From assembly GCF_025526975.1 (NCBI RefSeq), contig NW_026515701.1, positions 62,001-126,000 of the forward strand: a DNA stretch of 64,000 bases. The letters run 5' to 3'. Source of the stretch: Fimicolochytrium jonesii. Its lineage: Eukaryota. Positions 37,890-53,264 of this stretch are shown in pieces; the first letter of the stretch is position 1; each line of letters begins with the position of its first letter. The position numbers and the translations under genes are program-made. Below the pieces are notes generated by a model, which saw only the letters and a list, made by a program, of their open reading frames with translations, did not search any database and was not told where the DNA came from.

Positions 37890-39260
37890 CTATGCACCGT
37901 AAACGCGGAAGAACTTGCTCATCCCCTCATATACTCCAAAAGTAACACAAGTTCCCGGTAATACGCGAATGATGTTGATCCCCATGCCTTTGTAGAAACC
38001 GGCAAATGATTCGTTCCTAGGAGACAGGAAATCGGGCTTTGGTCAGATCCTAGAACATGGTCAGATGCCAGCTGAATGGACGCTTACCGGTATATAGTCT
38101 TGATGGTTCCAATGACTCCATTGTAAACAACGTCACTGTAGCCCACTTGCACTTGCAGACGCGAACGCAGGACTTGATATGGGTATGTGCAGACGGTAGC
38201 GAAGACCTTCGACGAAGCCGCCATGGTGATGTACTCTAACGTATTCTGAGGACCACACAGGAAGGTGGAGGTATGAGCTCCCTTGAAATGAGAGACATTA
38301 AAAGCCCAATCTTCAGCACTTACAAGCTTGTTGACATCCTTCTTCCCATGCATCGCATCCATCCGCCACTTCTTCATCTCTTCATACGCCATGAATTGCA
38401 GCGCACCATGGGATACGCCAAAGAACGCCGGAACCATCCCTTTGTAAAGCCCCCGGAGGCCTTCCTCGCGCCATGTGCGGCAAAGCCCGTTGGCGAGGCT
38501 CCTGTATGCGCCTGGATCGGATGCTCGTGTCGCGCACATTCGAGTTTTAATAACCCAGAAGGGGTTGGAACATATCGCTGTCAGTGCACCTGTGTGAAAG
38601 AGCGAAAAATTGGGTGAGCAACATTCCAGGTGGTGACGTGAAGCGTTGCGATGATGATCAAACCTGCCTCTGCGGACGCCAATAGATGCTGTGTTGGGCC
38701 CAATGTATGTGTCGGGCTATCCCGCATCCAATCCTTGATCAAAGAGTACCTATGCCGAGTTATCAAAAGACAGCTGTAAGTCCCAATCCACCAGAGTTAT
38801 CTTGCACTCAACGCAACCTACCACCAGAAGTACATGCCCCAGGACACCGTTGCTCCGGCAAAGTTGGGTGATACCCCTCTGTACAGCCCTCGTAGCTTCC
38901 CTTCCTCCCGCCATATCTTCTTGATTGCCTCAACGCTGGATAGACGAGTTCTGGACGTGTTCACTGCGATGAGCGGAAGATCATGTCAGCACTCTGCACA
39001 GGAACTCTCCCAACCCGAAATGCGATATCACCTTCCACTAACTACATACACTGAAACCTTGTTTTGACGAGATCCAAAGGGTGCAAGAGCACAGTGGATA
39101 CAGCTCCCGCTGTAAACCCCGCAAGAGCTTGGTCTGTGGCCGCGCTGCCTGTGAAGGTCTTTTCCGGCTTGTTTGCAACCGAGAGTAGCGGCGGTAAAGT
39201 GACTGGAGAAGCCGCCGCGGGCCGTCTGTTCGGACGGGGTTGTTGTTCTGTGAGGGTCAT
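37890..39260 (-). CDS. FLX1: Mitochondrial FAD/folate carrier (SLC25A32/Flx1-like)
   Basis: Three carrier signatures (HPLDLVKTRFQ, NPFWVIKTRM, YPYQVLRSRLQ) plus GVSHGALQFMAYEEMK and FYKGMGINIIRVLP. Confidence 0.9.
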
Positions 39261-39511
39261 CGTCAAAGTGAGGTCCTCTTCTGGCAATTTTGAAAAGCGT
39301 CAGCGAAGCGTCGGGTTGGAAAGTTCGTCGAGAAAACTCTTCCCGACTGCTCGGTCTCCGGATCACTTCTGCTTCACATTCGATCTTCACCATAACGGGA
39401 GTCAGACCATCCCCGCAAGTTGACCAATGTTAAAAGCAAACAGCTCGTCGTTGGTCGCCAGCTCAAAAATGGGAGGAGGTGAGGAAGCATTCATTTCCGT
39501 TACAGGATGGC

Positions 39512-42441
39512 ATGTCTTTGACCCCCATTTGTCTCACAGACGCGGAAAAGCACGTTAGGGAGCGGATTGAAGAGTTGACGGCTGGTGAGTGCGGCCGCAG
39601 GGCTTGGGCGAGCAACAGGGTGGGATATCGAACGTTGTCTAAACGGGTTCTACGTGAAAGAAAGAGCTTCAACAATGCACGATATCCCCGCAACCCCTTC
39701 TACTCTCCCGAGCGGAGGCGTACAGGGAGATGGAGCAATACGATGAAGCCCTCAAGGACATAAAGGTGGCGCTTACAATCGATCGACAATATCGACCTGC
39801 GGTGGATGCGATGCGCGAGCTGCTGGAAACGATAACGAAGAACAAGAAACTTGCTACAGATGCGTCACCTACGGCACTTTTGCGAACTGCAACGACACTG
39901 GAAGGCGAAGATGCAGATTGGCGAGGGGCATTGGACGCAGCAGAGAAGCTGGTTGTGTTGTCGGCGGATGCTGATGGATCTGAACGACTTCTGAAAGAAG
40001 GCGGCGTGGACCTTCTTCTTCCCGCGCTGTTCGCAATTCGCACCAAGCCAAATGACCATCGGAGTAAATTGGTTGCAGCTTATCTGAAAATCATTGCCAA
40101 CATCAGCCACACAGGAGAAGGCGGGTTTGTTCGCATCCTGTCTTTTATCTCGAAGGACACGGCGGAGGCATTCTTAGGCGAGCCAGGGGTTGACGCCCCG
40201 AATGACACTCTGGCCATCGACATTGCTTCGACTCTGATCTTGAAAGTCGGTGCAACTTTGGAAAGCGAACCACCGAACATAAGGCCTAATGCGCATATCC
40301 TATTGGATGCCATCGTCCGCCATCTGGATCCCCGATGGCCGGTTGATCATCGTGCTGCCACATTCGGAGCTCTGATAAAGGCGGTGTCCAACGAAGAGTT
40401 TGCGCTAGCTGTTATCAATAATACGGCGAAGGGTAACACTTCACTCTTCTCGTTGGTCTCAGACCCGGACGAACGGATCCGAAACCTTGTGCCCGTAGCA
40501 CTTGCTCGCATCCTTGAGCTTATAGCAGAGACGAATCAGAAAGCTGTGCAGGAAGCGTGTCGCCAAGAGATCGTCAAACGCGTGGACTCGGACTCCGCTC
40601 AAACCAAGGCACTGGGCCTTCAGGCGCTCAACGCACTTTTCCAGGCGAGCTTCGTGTACGGAAGCAGTATATTATGTCACCCAGGTTTCCTGGACTCTTT
40701 CATGGACACCATCGATTTCGAACCTGCCGAGACGCAGTTGGCTCTCCTTGAGACCTTGTCGGCAGCATGTGCTGATAAAGAAAGCCGCACTCTCATCGTG
40801 GGACGCTGCAGCGGATACTTGCAGAAAATGACGCGTACCAAGGACGCGCGACTCAGCGCGACGGCTAACGTGGTTGCTAGCAAGTTGGCTACAGCTTCCC
40901 GAGGCGCTCAAGCTGGCCAAGTCGTCGAAATGGATTCGATACCGAGTGCAGACTCATTCATCGCAACGCTGGAAGATACGACATCGCCACGGGACCAGGA
41001 TACTCGTGCAGTAGAGGGTCTTGCGTATCTCACAATCGAGCCACGTGTCAAAGAGCATGTGGTCACAACAAAAGGATCATCTCTGAAAGGCATTCTCACT
41101 CGGACACAAAGTCAAGACTTCCGTGCTCTCCATTATGGTCTCGCCACCATGATTGCAAACCTAACGGCATTTCGTCAGAAAGCAACGGAGGAGGAAGAGC
41201 AAGTGCGCAAACTACGTCGGATGGCAAAAGACGCGTCGCTTGCCAAGCCAGGTCCAGATGAAGCACTAAACGATGAGGATCGTGTCAGACGGCGTTGTGA
41301 GATACTGGTCCTTCAGTGCGCTATGGTGCCCTGGCTCATCTCGGTTGCAAGGAAGAGCAACAGCACAGGATTGCGCAAGGTTACCGCTCAGATCTTTTGC
41401 AATTTGGCAACAAATAGGAAATTGCATAATGTTCTTGTGCAGCAGGGCGCTGTACGGATCTTGCTGGAGTTTACTCGTCCCATCCAGTCATCTGCGCAGT
41501 CAGCTGGGTCGTCCAAAACGTCACCCTCCACGTCTTTGCCGACGCCTCCAGCCGATGGAACCGCATTCTTAGCGTCACACGCACTGGCAAAGATTGCCAT
41601 CACCGTCAATCCCCATCTCGCATTCAAAGGACAAGTCGCACTTGAGCTCGTCCGTCCGATCGCCGGCCTTCTTTGCACATCGCGTGCAGCTCAAGACAAT
41701 ACGAACATCCCCTTACTGGCCCAGTTTGAGGCATTAATGGCGATCACCAACCTCGCCAGTATGGACGATACTACGCACGTGCGAGATCGAATTGTTGCAG
41801 CTGGTGCAGTGAAAGCATTTGAAAGCCTGATTTTCGATGATAACGTCATGGTCCGCCGCGCCGCCGTCGAAGCCATCTGTAATATGATGTTCCATCCTGC
41901 GGTTTACGAGGCGTATGCAGACGCGTTTTTGGCGGCGAAGGTTCCCACCCTCTCCAACAAGCTGAAACTGCTGGTCGCCCTCTCCGACTCTGAAGACTTC
42001 GCTACTCGACGAGCTGCCTCGGGAGCGGTTGCAATCTTGAGCTCCAGCCCCAACGCATGCCATCAGTTAATGGCATTGGTCGACGAGAATGAGCCCGACG
42101 GAAAAAAGGAGGACACAAAGGCTGGTACAAGGATACCTCGCGGACTGGAAACAGTGGTCAGACTCTTGGAGCCTTCACCATCGGGTATCGTGTCTTCTCC
42201 GAACACCTCAGTTAGCGAGGATGACGAGCTCCACCTGCGAGGTTTAGAAATTGTCAAGAACCTAGCAAACATTGACAAAGCAAGTCAAAACCAGGCGTCG
42301 GATTATGGGAAGCAGCTGGCCGCAGCTGGGGTAATACGGCTTCTTAAACGGCTTATATCGTCGCAGAATGAAGCAGTGGCTCAAGCTGCTGGCGATGCCT
42401 TGCAAGCCTTGGCCCGCCGAGGAATAGATGTTCTTCATTGA
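39512..42441 (+). CDS. UNC45: UNC-45/She4 (UCS) myosin chaperone with N-terminal TPR-like helices
   Basis: A short first exon and intron, then LLLSRAEAYREMEQYDEALKDIKVAL (TPR-like), AVEGLAYLTIEPRVKE, LVQQGAV, ASHALAKIAITVNPHLAF, QFEALMAITNLAS and VRRAAVEAICNM. Confidence 0.92.
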
Positions 42442-43161
42442 CAATAAATAACGCTACATCTTGCAGTGTTGTAGGTCCATACTACATGCAGCCGTCTGTT
42501 TTGTGGTAATTAGTGCGTGCGTGCTGCTGCGTATTATTTGGATTATCGGATTAATATTCGATCTCCATCGCGCGTAACATCTGCGCGCGGCTGTCATCAA
42601 GCTTCTGCTCCGAGACTTCAACCAGTTTTCACTCCTCAGCGGGGTTTTCGTCTGCAGAATCCCACCGCACCTGCACAGTCTACCGCACAGTTTCCCACCA
42701 GACACAGAGTGGCATGGGCTTATAGAATGCTAGATCCACCCGGCGGAAGAAAAAAGAACTGGACAACTCGCTTCTATCTCTTCACATTCTTCATTTATTT
42801 CTTTCTCCGAAAACAACGTTTGCGCCAACTCTACGTCGTCCTCGTCATATTGAGCATTGTGCTAGGCTTGCATTACGTATTTCAGCACTCATACCTGCAT
42901 CACACTCAGCCGGTTGTCGACCCTGGAACGGTTCCTGTGACCAACGACCCCGAAAATCCTCCAGGCTCGCATCCACTGAACGCACAGCCCCTTGGACAAT
43001 TTCGGAGTCTTCTTACAGCTCATTCGAAACCGACGCTTCTATCCTACCGGGACTCGCTGAATTAGGGAACCTTTTGCGGACCGGGTAACTCTGCAAGGTA
43101 GTGATTGCGTTGAATGCAAGATGATCTTCCAACTTTTCTTTCTGACGCGAACCATCATAGC

Positions 43162-44094
43162 ATGACCATTGCGCAAGCTGAGCACTTAGAGTGGAAGGAG
43201 GGTATGTAGAGCCTGGGACAGCCTCTTGTTGTCTTCTCCCTGGTTTCATTCCGCTGTTGCTGGAGATTCTCTAATTATTATCAAAACGTAGAATATGATA
43301 ATCTGCTTGCAAATCTCAGCGAATCGGCCGACACGAATACTGCCCCGTGGGAGCTTCTACGGGAAATAATAAAGTACAAAGTGTCAGATAATGTTAGGCC
43401 GGACCTAGGGACCCCTCCACCTCCAGCCACAGCTCAGAACCCGCCGGATACTGTACCGGACTATGTGGAACGGATAGGAAGAGCTCTGGATGGTTTTGAA
43501 AGAACACCGTTCACAATTCAGAGGCTATGCGAGCTGGTAACGAGACCGTCGGAGGGGTATGGTACTGTCTGGAAGTACCTAAGGGCTTTGGTAAGCGTCG
43601 ATGGAGTGGTGAGGGTGGGAAAACCATCTCGCCGTCGCCATAGATGAGGGAAGGTGAAGGGCAACAGTTCCCTGTTCTCAGTTCAGTTTTCTCAACAGGA
43701 GAAAGTTTGCACGTTGGGAGGCTCTGTCCCATATACCCCGAATGGCAACACAAATGGCAAGTCCTTGCATGTTCAAATGGAGTGATGTCATGCTTTGTGA
43801 GTACCCAGGCTCATGAACATCTTCATTGCAGGCATTGCCCCCATGGACATTTCGACCTCGACGGTAACGCTTGCTGTTTCGGAACCTGCGGTTTCTGCGG
43901 AACCGGCATCCCAAGGTATGTCCCAAAAGATGTTCCAACTGAAGGCACTGAAGTGAATCGGACAGAACTGATCTCGTTTTGTTTGCTGTCAAGAAGTAGA
44001 AGCAGAGCCTGTCACAAACGGCGTTACAAATGGAATTGGGAACGAGGGTCCGATTTCTGCATCGTCAGCAATACCGATGGATATCGTGGATTGA
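43162..44094 (+). CDS. PPP4R2: Protein phosphatase 4 regulatory subunit 2 (PPP4R2/Psy4-like)
   Basis: PWELLREII, TPFTIQRLCELVTRP and KYLRAL|EK. Acidic tail ending PMDIVD*. GT-AG introns. Confidence 0.85.
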
Positions 44095-44655
44095 TGCATC
44101 GAGTTGTAAAGATTGGCTTTCTTCGGGTTTCGCTTCCGGCTAGAGTATCGGGGGGCATGCGGTCTCGTTTATCCAAGGGGGCGGATCGCATGGAAGTCTT
44201 TCGGAGGAACGGTGGAAATTTCTCCAGGCTGAACGTACGAGGACTCATCGTTATGTTGATAGGGTCCGATCGCCCGATGGAAGGAGATGCTATAGCTCGC
44301 TAGGATTGCACTCATTTGCTTTCCGGTGGAGGTCCACCATAAGCCGTAGCATTAGACGGTTTATGTGGTTGATCAGAGGCGTAGGGTAGCTTTAGGCTAC
44401 AGATTCAAAGGGTTGCAACATGTGTACTTCTATCCATCAAAGCCCGTTTTTCAAGCCGGCTTCAGCATCTGCGACTCTCCGGAACAACTCATGTCAGACT
44501 GAGGAGATATGAGGTAGTCATTCATAAACAAATACACATGTGTGGAACAAGACACAGTCGCTTCCCATAACGAACTGTTACTGCTTGGATGCAAAAACAG
44601 AGCGTTCAGGTGTTGAGGGTTTCTGTACGAATCCCAAGTCAATGAAGCTGAAGTC

Positions 44656-46919
44656 CTAGGTCGCCAGCGCGAGACCAACACGGGGCTTCCAAGCCCCGGC
44701 GGGATTGTAGTCGTAGATTTGATAGTACTGTTGAGAGCACATTGCGCCATTAGTCAGATTGTGCGCGCACGGAAGAGACAAATCATGAAGTAACATGAGG
44801 GATTCGAGCGGCATACCTTGCGGAGGAAGACTTCGCCGAGCAGCCATTGGTCCAGAACGTCTTGCTACGAGTCAAGCGGGAGAGGTCAGGGGTTTCTTTT
44901 CGGAATAACGAAAACGAAGGGATCATCCGAGGACAGCTTGACTCACGTTTTTTCGAGACTGGAACGGGGAGTAGCATAGGTCGGCATTGTTCGGCCACAC
45001 CCTTGTAACGAGCTCACTTCCTAGATCGCAGGGAAGGAGGAGAAGAGTTGTTTTCTCAGAAACCGCATCGCACATGAGGTCTTATTGTAGCGGCGCACCA
45101 CCCACCTGAGAGGGTAAAGGGGAATCCATTGAGGTTGAAAGTGAATGTGACACCGCTGTTTGCCACTGTTCCGCAGTTACACGCCCAGAGACCTTTAGCA
45201 ACCACGTAGGTCGACGGAATCTGTGCGTTCAGCTGGACAGCTACGGCGTAATCCGTGAGGACCAAGGTGGCGCCTGGAACAGAATCGAGCTTCTCAGTCA
45301 TGCCGACCATCACAGTTCCCAACCCTGGTTCGTTATGTCGCGCTTACCGGTGTCCACCAACCCTCTAATGTTCCTGCCGGGCGGGCGTACATTCACGTTA
45401 TTGGGCCCCGAAATGCCCAGCCAGCTTACATGCCACCAAGTGGATGCATCGGGCACGCTCAACCATGTGATAGGTCCAGTGTAACGAGCAGGATTGCCCA
45501 GGTTGCTGCCCAATGTGAGCTCGCCTCCGACCATTGTGTCGGGTGTGGCGCTCCATGACGAGTAGCGATCCAGCCAGATCCCGAATGCGGGTTGCGGGAT
45601 CTTCTGCGACCAGTAGAGGTTCTCGACAAGAGAAGACTTGCCAACCAACCAGTCGTCAACCACCGAGTTGGCCCAGGACAGAGGGGAGAAGCCTGTTTCA
45701 AGGGTATCAACGTTAGGCATAGCCCAGCAGCAGCAGGGAGGCGCGACGTCAGACTCACTCATCCCCATCAATCCGTCGATACTTCCGGGCTGGACATTGC
45801 TCGCAGTGTTTGCCTGAATGAAGACCTGGTACTTTGCGCTCAAGTTTCCGATACGAACGTCATCCTGCTCAGAACGTCAGTCCAGTCCTCGCGTAGCTCA
45901 CTGTAGTCCGTAGATGTGCTTACCACAACAACTGTGCCTGAAACAGATCCTGTTCCGTACTGAGGGATTCACCATGTCAAACATGGAATGACTACTTCCT
46001 TTCTAGAAGAATGCAAACGTACCCAAGTGCTCACGGCAAGACCCTGTTGTGCTGCTGTTTTAGATGCTGTGGGGTTGTACCTCCGCTTGCTCCCACATTG
46101 TGTGGTACACTGGAGCCCAGGAACCCACAGATCCGCCGAGCCTTCGGAGAGGAAAACATAAAGATTTGTGGGAAGCAAATGACAGCAGTCCCGCGGTCAT
46201 ACCTGTATCAATGACTACGGAGAAAGGCTGAGGAGGGTTTCCGAGGAACAACGTAACATAGTACTGAGAACAAATCGTTGTGTGAGCTCGACCATTGTGA
46301 CTCCGAGCTTTTGCATTCTGGTGTTTACCATGGTATCATAGTTATTTCGCACTGTCGCAGCTGCTACGGTCCCAGCTCGCCTTTTCAACCCGCCATGCTT
46401 TCCACCGCCCATCGCGCGACGGCGCAAAGGAGGCTCGTCATCGTCTTCCTCTCCAACGAAGTATTTGAGCTTCTCGTCTTCGTCGCCATCACCGATGTAG
46501 TCGGGGTCGGCACCAGGGGCGTATACACCCCTGGCAAAAAGGTTGTCTTTGCCGTCCGCGAGCAACTTCTCGACCTCCTCATGTTCTGTGTTGACAAAGT
46601 GGACAGAACTCAGAGCGTCGTCCAGTTGGGCTTCAGTCACATTTGGACGGACCACAACCAGCCCTTCTTCACTGCGTGTCAGCAGGCTGCGTCGAGTGGC
46701 ATGTCTGCCTTCGGCATGGCGGATCATGGGAATTCTACATCATCAATAGTTCAGTTCTGGCGGATCGTTTCATTGAGGGCAGATCCGTTTTGCCCAGGCC
46801 TGAACTATCGGACTCGCTTACATGGCGGGACCGGGCTCGGACGCTGGATCCAGTGCGGCGGCATCTTGCGAAGCAGCGTAGATGCCGGCGAAGATGAGTA
46901 CAGTAGTGAGCAGTTTCAT
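44656..46919 (-). CDS. Secreted pepsin-like (A1) aspartic protease
   Basis: Signal MKLLTTVLIFAG, propeptide ending KRR, LGNPPQPFSVVIDTG|SADLWV, QYGTGSVSG, IDGLMGM, GELTLG, LVDTG|AT, WLLGEVFLRKYYQIYD and RVGLA. Confidence 0.92.
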
Positions 46920-47702
46920 GATGTCGAGTTAACTGAATCTCAACAGAATTCAAAATGCGCGATGGAATGCGCGCTGAGCGGACAGACTTTCGGTCGAGTC
47001 AGCTCCGTTTATATAGGCAACCCGGTCTGCGGTTCTACGCAGTCATTGCCGGATTACGGCACGGATCAGGGCGAGAACAAGAAGAAGTATATCGGCCGTC
47101 TGCTTTTCAGCTTCCCTATCTCCGGGATGATCTCTCTGTGCTCGCCTAACATCTTCGTCTTCCCTCGTTTACATCATAGGCTTATATTGTGTTCGGACAT
47201 TCGTTTTCTATGCCGAATGCCCACCTCTGGATCCATATTTTGCTGTCTTTGATGTCATTTTCGGGCGGGCTTCTGTCACCGCCTGCTCACGCAACGCGTT
47301 TCTGTCAAAATCGCTTTCAAGGTCGGGATTGGGAACTGAGCGAATGGGGCTTGATTTCGCGTCCAAATGATTAGCGGCATCAATCATTTTCGTCGATGCG
47401 GATCCTGAATTGATTTGGAGCCTTGCTTTGGCCGCAGCCGATGATGCCCTCATCCATCTTACTGTAGTTCCGTCGCATGCTCAAAAAAGCCCTGCTCCAT
47501 TTTGTGTGCATTTTCTCAAAACGAGGAACGTGGCATCTTTGAAACCCAGGCAGAGACGCTACTCGGCGCTACGTTCGACTCGGCCTATGTACTGGCAGTA
47601 AGGCAACGTACTTGGATCTAGTCGCTCCACACACCAGCAGTGCCGCCCGTGGACTTTCTGATCTCCGCTCCAACCAGTTAAGCTTTGGAGAGTTTTCCCA
47701 CC

Positions 47703-49527
47703 ATGACCACTCCACCGGCGCAACGACCAGAGCCTCAAATACTGCAATCCCGTCGGCCACGCCCCTCTGCAGCAACGATATGTGCAAAGTGCGGAGTGCT
47801 CGTTGAATTTTCCCTCCCAACTACCACCACCGAGTCTAGCACAGACTCTCCAGCAGCCTCGCCCTCCGCCCGAACTTCTTCTCTACCTGACTCGGCTCCT
47901 TCCAGCCCATCATCCACCGGATATCCGTATGATCACTACCGCATTCAGTGCTTTTCATGTTTGGAGGTTTCGAACGTACCAATAGACAAAGTTACCAAGA
48001 GGTACGCAATTCCCACTGCGAGCGGTTACAAGATACCACAAGACGAGCAGCCCTCGGCCCAGCCCAAGCGAAAGCAGCAGGAGCAAAATGCGAAGCAACC
48101 AAAGCAGGAGCAAAGGCAAAAACAGCCTGCGAGGCCGGGGTCGAGCTTTGCTGGACGGAGAGGAACAGGTATATATGGGGGTGGGAACTGGAAAGCACCA
48201 CAGGGACGTCGTCACTAACGCTTTTTCTCGGCTGTTCAGATGAGAACCCAATTGACCTTGAGTACTATGAGTTGCTCGAAGTGGCCGGCACTGCCAGCGC
48301 TGCACAAATCAAGAAGGCGTACTATGTCAAGGCGATGAAATGCCATCCCGACAAGAACCCCGACGATCCCCACGCAGAGGAAAAGTTCAAAGCCATTTCT
48401 CAAGCATACCAAGGTATGTGCTTGGGGCTTGTATGATAATAAACTTTCCTTACGGTTGGCATTTACTCAGTTTCTTCCTTTACCCAGTCCTTTCGGATCC
48501 ACAACGACGCTCGCACTACAATCAATTTGGTCAGTCCACTAACGGCACGGAAACGCCTTTTGTGGATCCGGAGGAGTTCTTCAAGCAGCAGTTTGGCGGT
48601 GACAAATTCGTCGACATCATTGGCGAGATTTCGATCGCTAAGGATTTCGCGGAGGCCATGTCTGGCATCTCTGCAGAGAACGGAATCGAAGGGTCACGCG
48701 GGAGTAAAGACCTGACCATGGAGGAGCGGATGGACATTCGCTCCAAGCGCGTGAATGGCTTGGTAGAGAAGCTTAATCACAAGCTCTCTTTGTATGTGGA
48801 CGCCCTGCCGTCCAATGCCCACGGTGCGGATGCTGAGATACCGCAGGCCGATCTTGATAGAATGTCGATGGAAGCCATGGAGGCCTTCCGTGCTGTGATG
48901 ACGCTAGAGGCCGAGGCGCTGAAAACAGAGTCCTACGGAGTTGAGCTCCTTCATTCCGTCGGATACACCTATCAGCTGAAATCCTCTTACTGGCTCGGAA
49001 AGCTGGATGCAGAGGAGGGCCCGATCCTGAAGCGAGCGTGGGGCTTCGGGAACCGGTTTTCGGGTCTCATGCGAGAGAAGGCTCATATTATCGGAGAAAC
49101 GGTCGGCACCTTCCGCACGGCAATGGATCTTCAGTCGAGCTTCAGTAGACTCCAAGAGCTAGAGAAGAAGAAGGAAGAGAAGAAACCCGACGACGCAGAA
49201 AATACCGTCGATGCATCGACCAACGGTTCCGGCCCGCAACCCGCCCCAACAACACCACCCAAAACCGAAGAAGAGATTGCATCCGAAGAGCAGGAGCTCC
49301 GAGCCAAACTTGAGCACGAAGCCGCAACAAAAGGTCTCGAAGCCCTATGGAGGGGCAGCAAACTCGAAGTCGAGGGCGTCCTCCGCGATGTCTGCGATAA
49401 AGTGCTCGGCGACGACTGTGGTGCGTCCAAGGATGTGAGGCGTCGCCGTGGTGAGGCCTTGGCGGCAATGGCTGAGGTCTATCAGAACGTCAAGGCGGAT
49501 CCTGCTTCACAGGCGGCTAAACCATGA
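47703..49527 (+). CDS. DnaJ + DnaJ-X domain co-chaperone (Djp1/Caj1-like) with N-terminal CxxC..CxxC module
   Basis: [53 protein letters not shown] and [22 protein letters not shown]. Confidence 0.9.
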
Positions 49528-49954
49528 CCTCGCAAGTGAGAATCGCGGCAAACCGAGCTCGTCCCTTTTCTCTTTCCCCTCATCAATTTTGTGCATCTTC
49601 ATTTATCTTCTCAATCTAGTTTATCAATCCCTTTGTCGACGTACTTATCCTCGCCTTCCCTTGCGTAGTTGCCAGCGTCCCATTTTTTTCATCTACCCCA
49701 TTTCTCCTTATGTAGAGTAATGTTAATTCGCATAAATACGTTCTTGCTTCCCCCATATCACCGCTGTCTTGATCAAAGAGAAGCTGCAGCTATTGATCTA
49801 TCGTCGGCAACAGGCACATGACTTTCATCAGTCACACAGTGTCTATGTTTCTGTTGAACGAAAGGGAATGATGATGGGAGATAAACAGCACGGTATATGA
49901 AGGGAGTCTCTACGACGAGCGGTGCATTCTCTTCTGCAAATCCTACATATATAT

Positions 49955-52241
<2,287 letters not shown>

Positions 52242-53264
52242 ACTGACTATAGACTAGTGACGAATGAGACCTTGCGGGCGAGTGATTGTCGCTTAGCGAA
52301 CGAATGGGAAAACAGCCTTGGAACCCGCCCTCGCCCCCTTCCGCGTTTGCATGTGCTTCTTCTCTCGTTGATGCCGTCAATTTAACCGATTCCTACCGTC
52401 AGTCCGCATCCTGCCGCATTCCACACAGCAGAGGCTTCGGACTGCCGACTCAGTGCCGAGGACATATGGAATGCGTCGACGCCGATGGTTTCGCAGTGCC
52501 TGCATCTAAAACGAGCCCTGGGTAAACTCAGAGAAGTTAACAAAGAAGCTGTCGCCTGCCCCTACATAATACGCAAGAGCAAATGGGATTTCTATTTGAG
52601 ACATGTAGTGCAGTCTCTTCCCTCAGCCTTCAGGATGGGTGCTAATGACTATGGGAAGTATATATGACGAGTATAACCGCATGACAACATCTGAACCTAT
52701 GGAGATTTATCTGTTGAAGTGTGGGAAGGGGTATCGAGGCACGGCGCACGGCGGCCATCAAGCAAAGCGTGCCTCGGGTTCCTCGGGGGGGAAAGTTCCA
52801 ACGTCCAAGACGCAAACCAATCAGGCGATGGGCCGCGTATCACACAGGCCGCACGCGTTCTTATCCCGCCTTCAAGTCTTCAACAGTCAAAAGGAAAGGC
52901 TGGGCAACTCCCCTCCACTGAAACCATAAAGCACAAGCAGACACATACAGCATATGGCCCAGTCGCAACCGGACATCGTCGGCTCCGGCTTGACTGACCA
53001 CACCGAGGGTCAAACTCCGGCTGCAGACGTTTTGGCGCAGGTATGTGGGGTCTTTTGTTTGGCGGAGCGGTCCATGTTGTCACCAGCATCACCGTACCAG
53101 TGAGCCTCCCAAAGAGGCCGCCGAGACTCGACACGACGATGTCGCATGGGCTTCGGCAACACGTCGTTGTACCTTCGGGAAAGCATCACTCATAACTTAC
53201 CCCCAATACCTAGTTAGACGAAACAGTGCCGAGTGTGGTTCAGCAACCCAGTGGAGTTCAAAAC

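Noticed and set aside
46278..47252. 324-aa plus-strand ORF
   Set aside because: Antisense shadow of the aspartic protease and its promoter, with no recognisable motifs.
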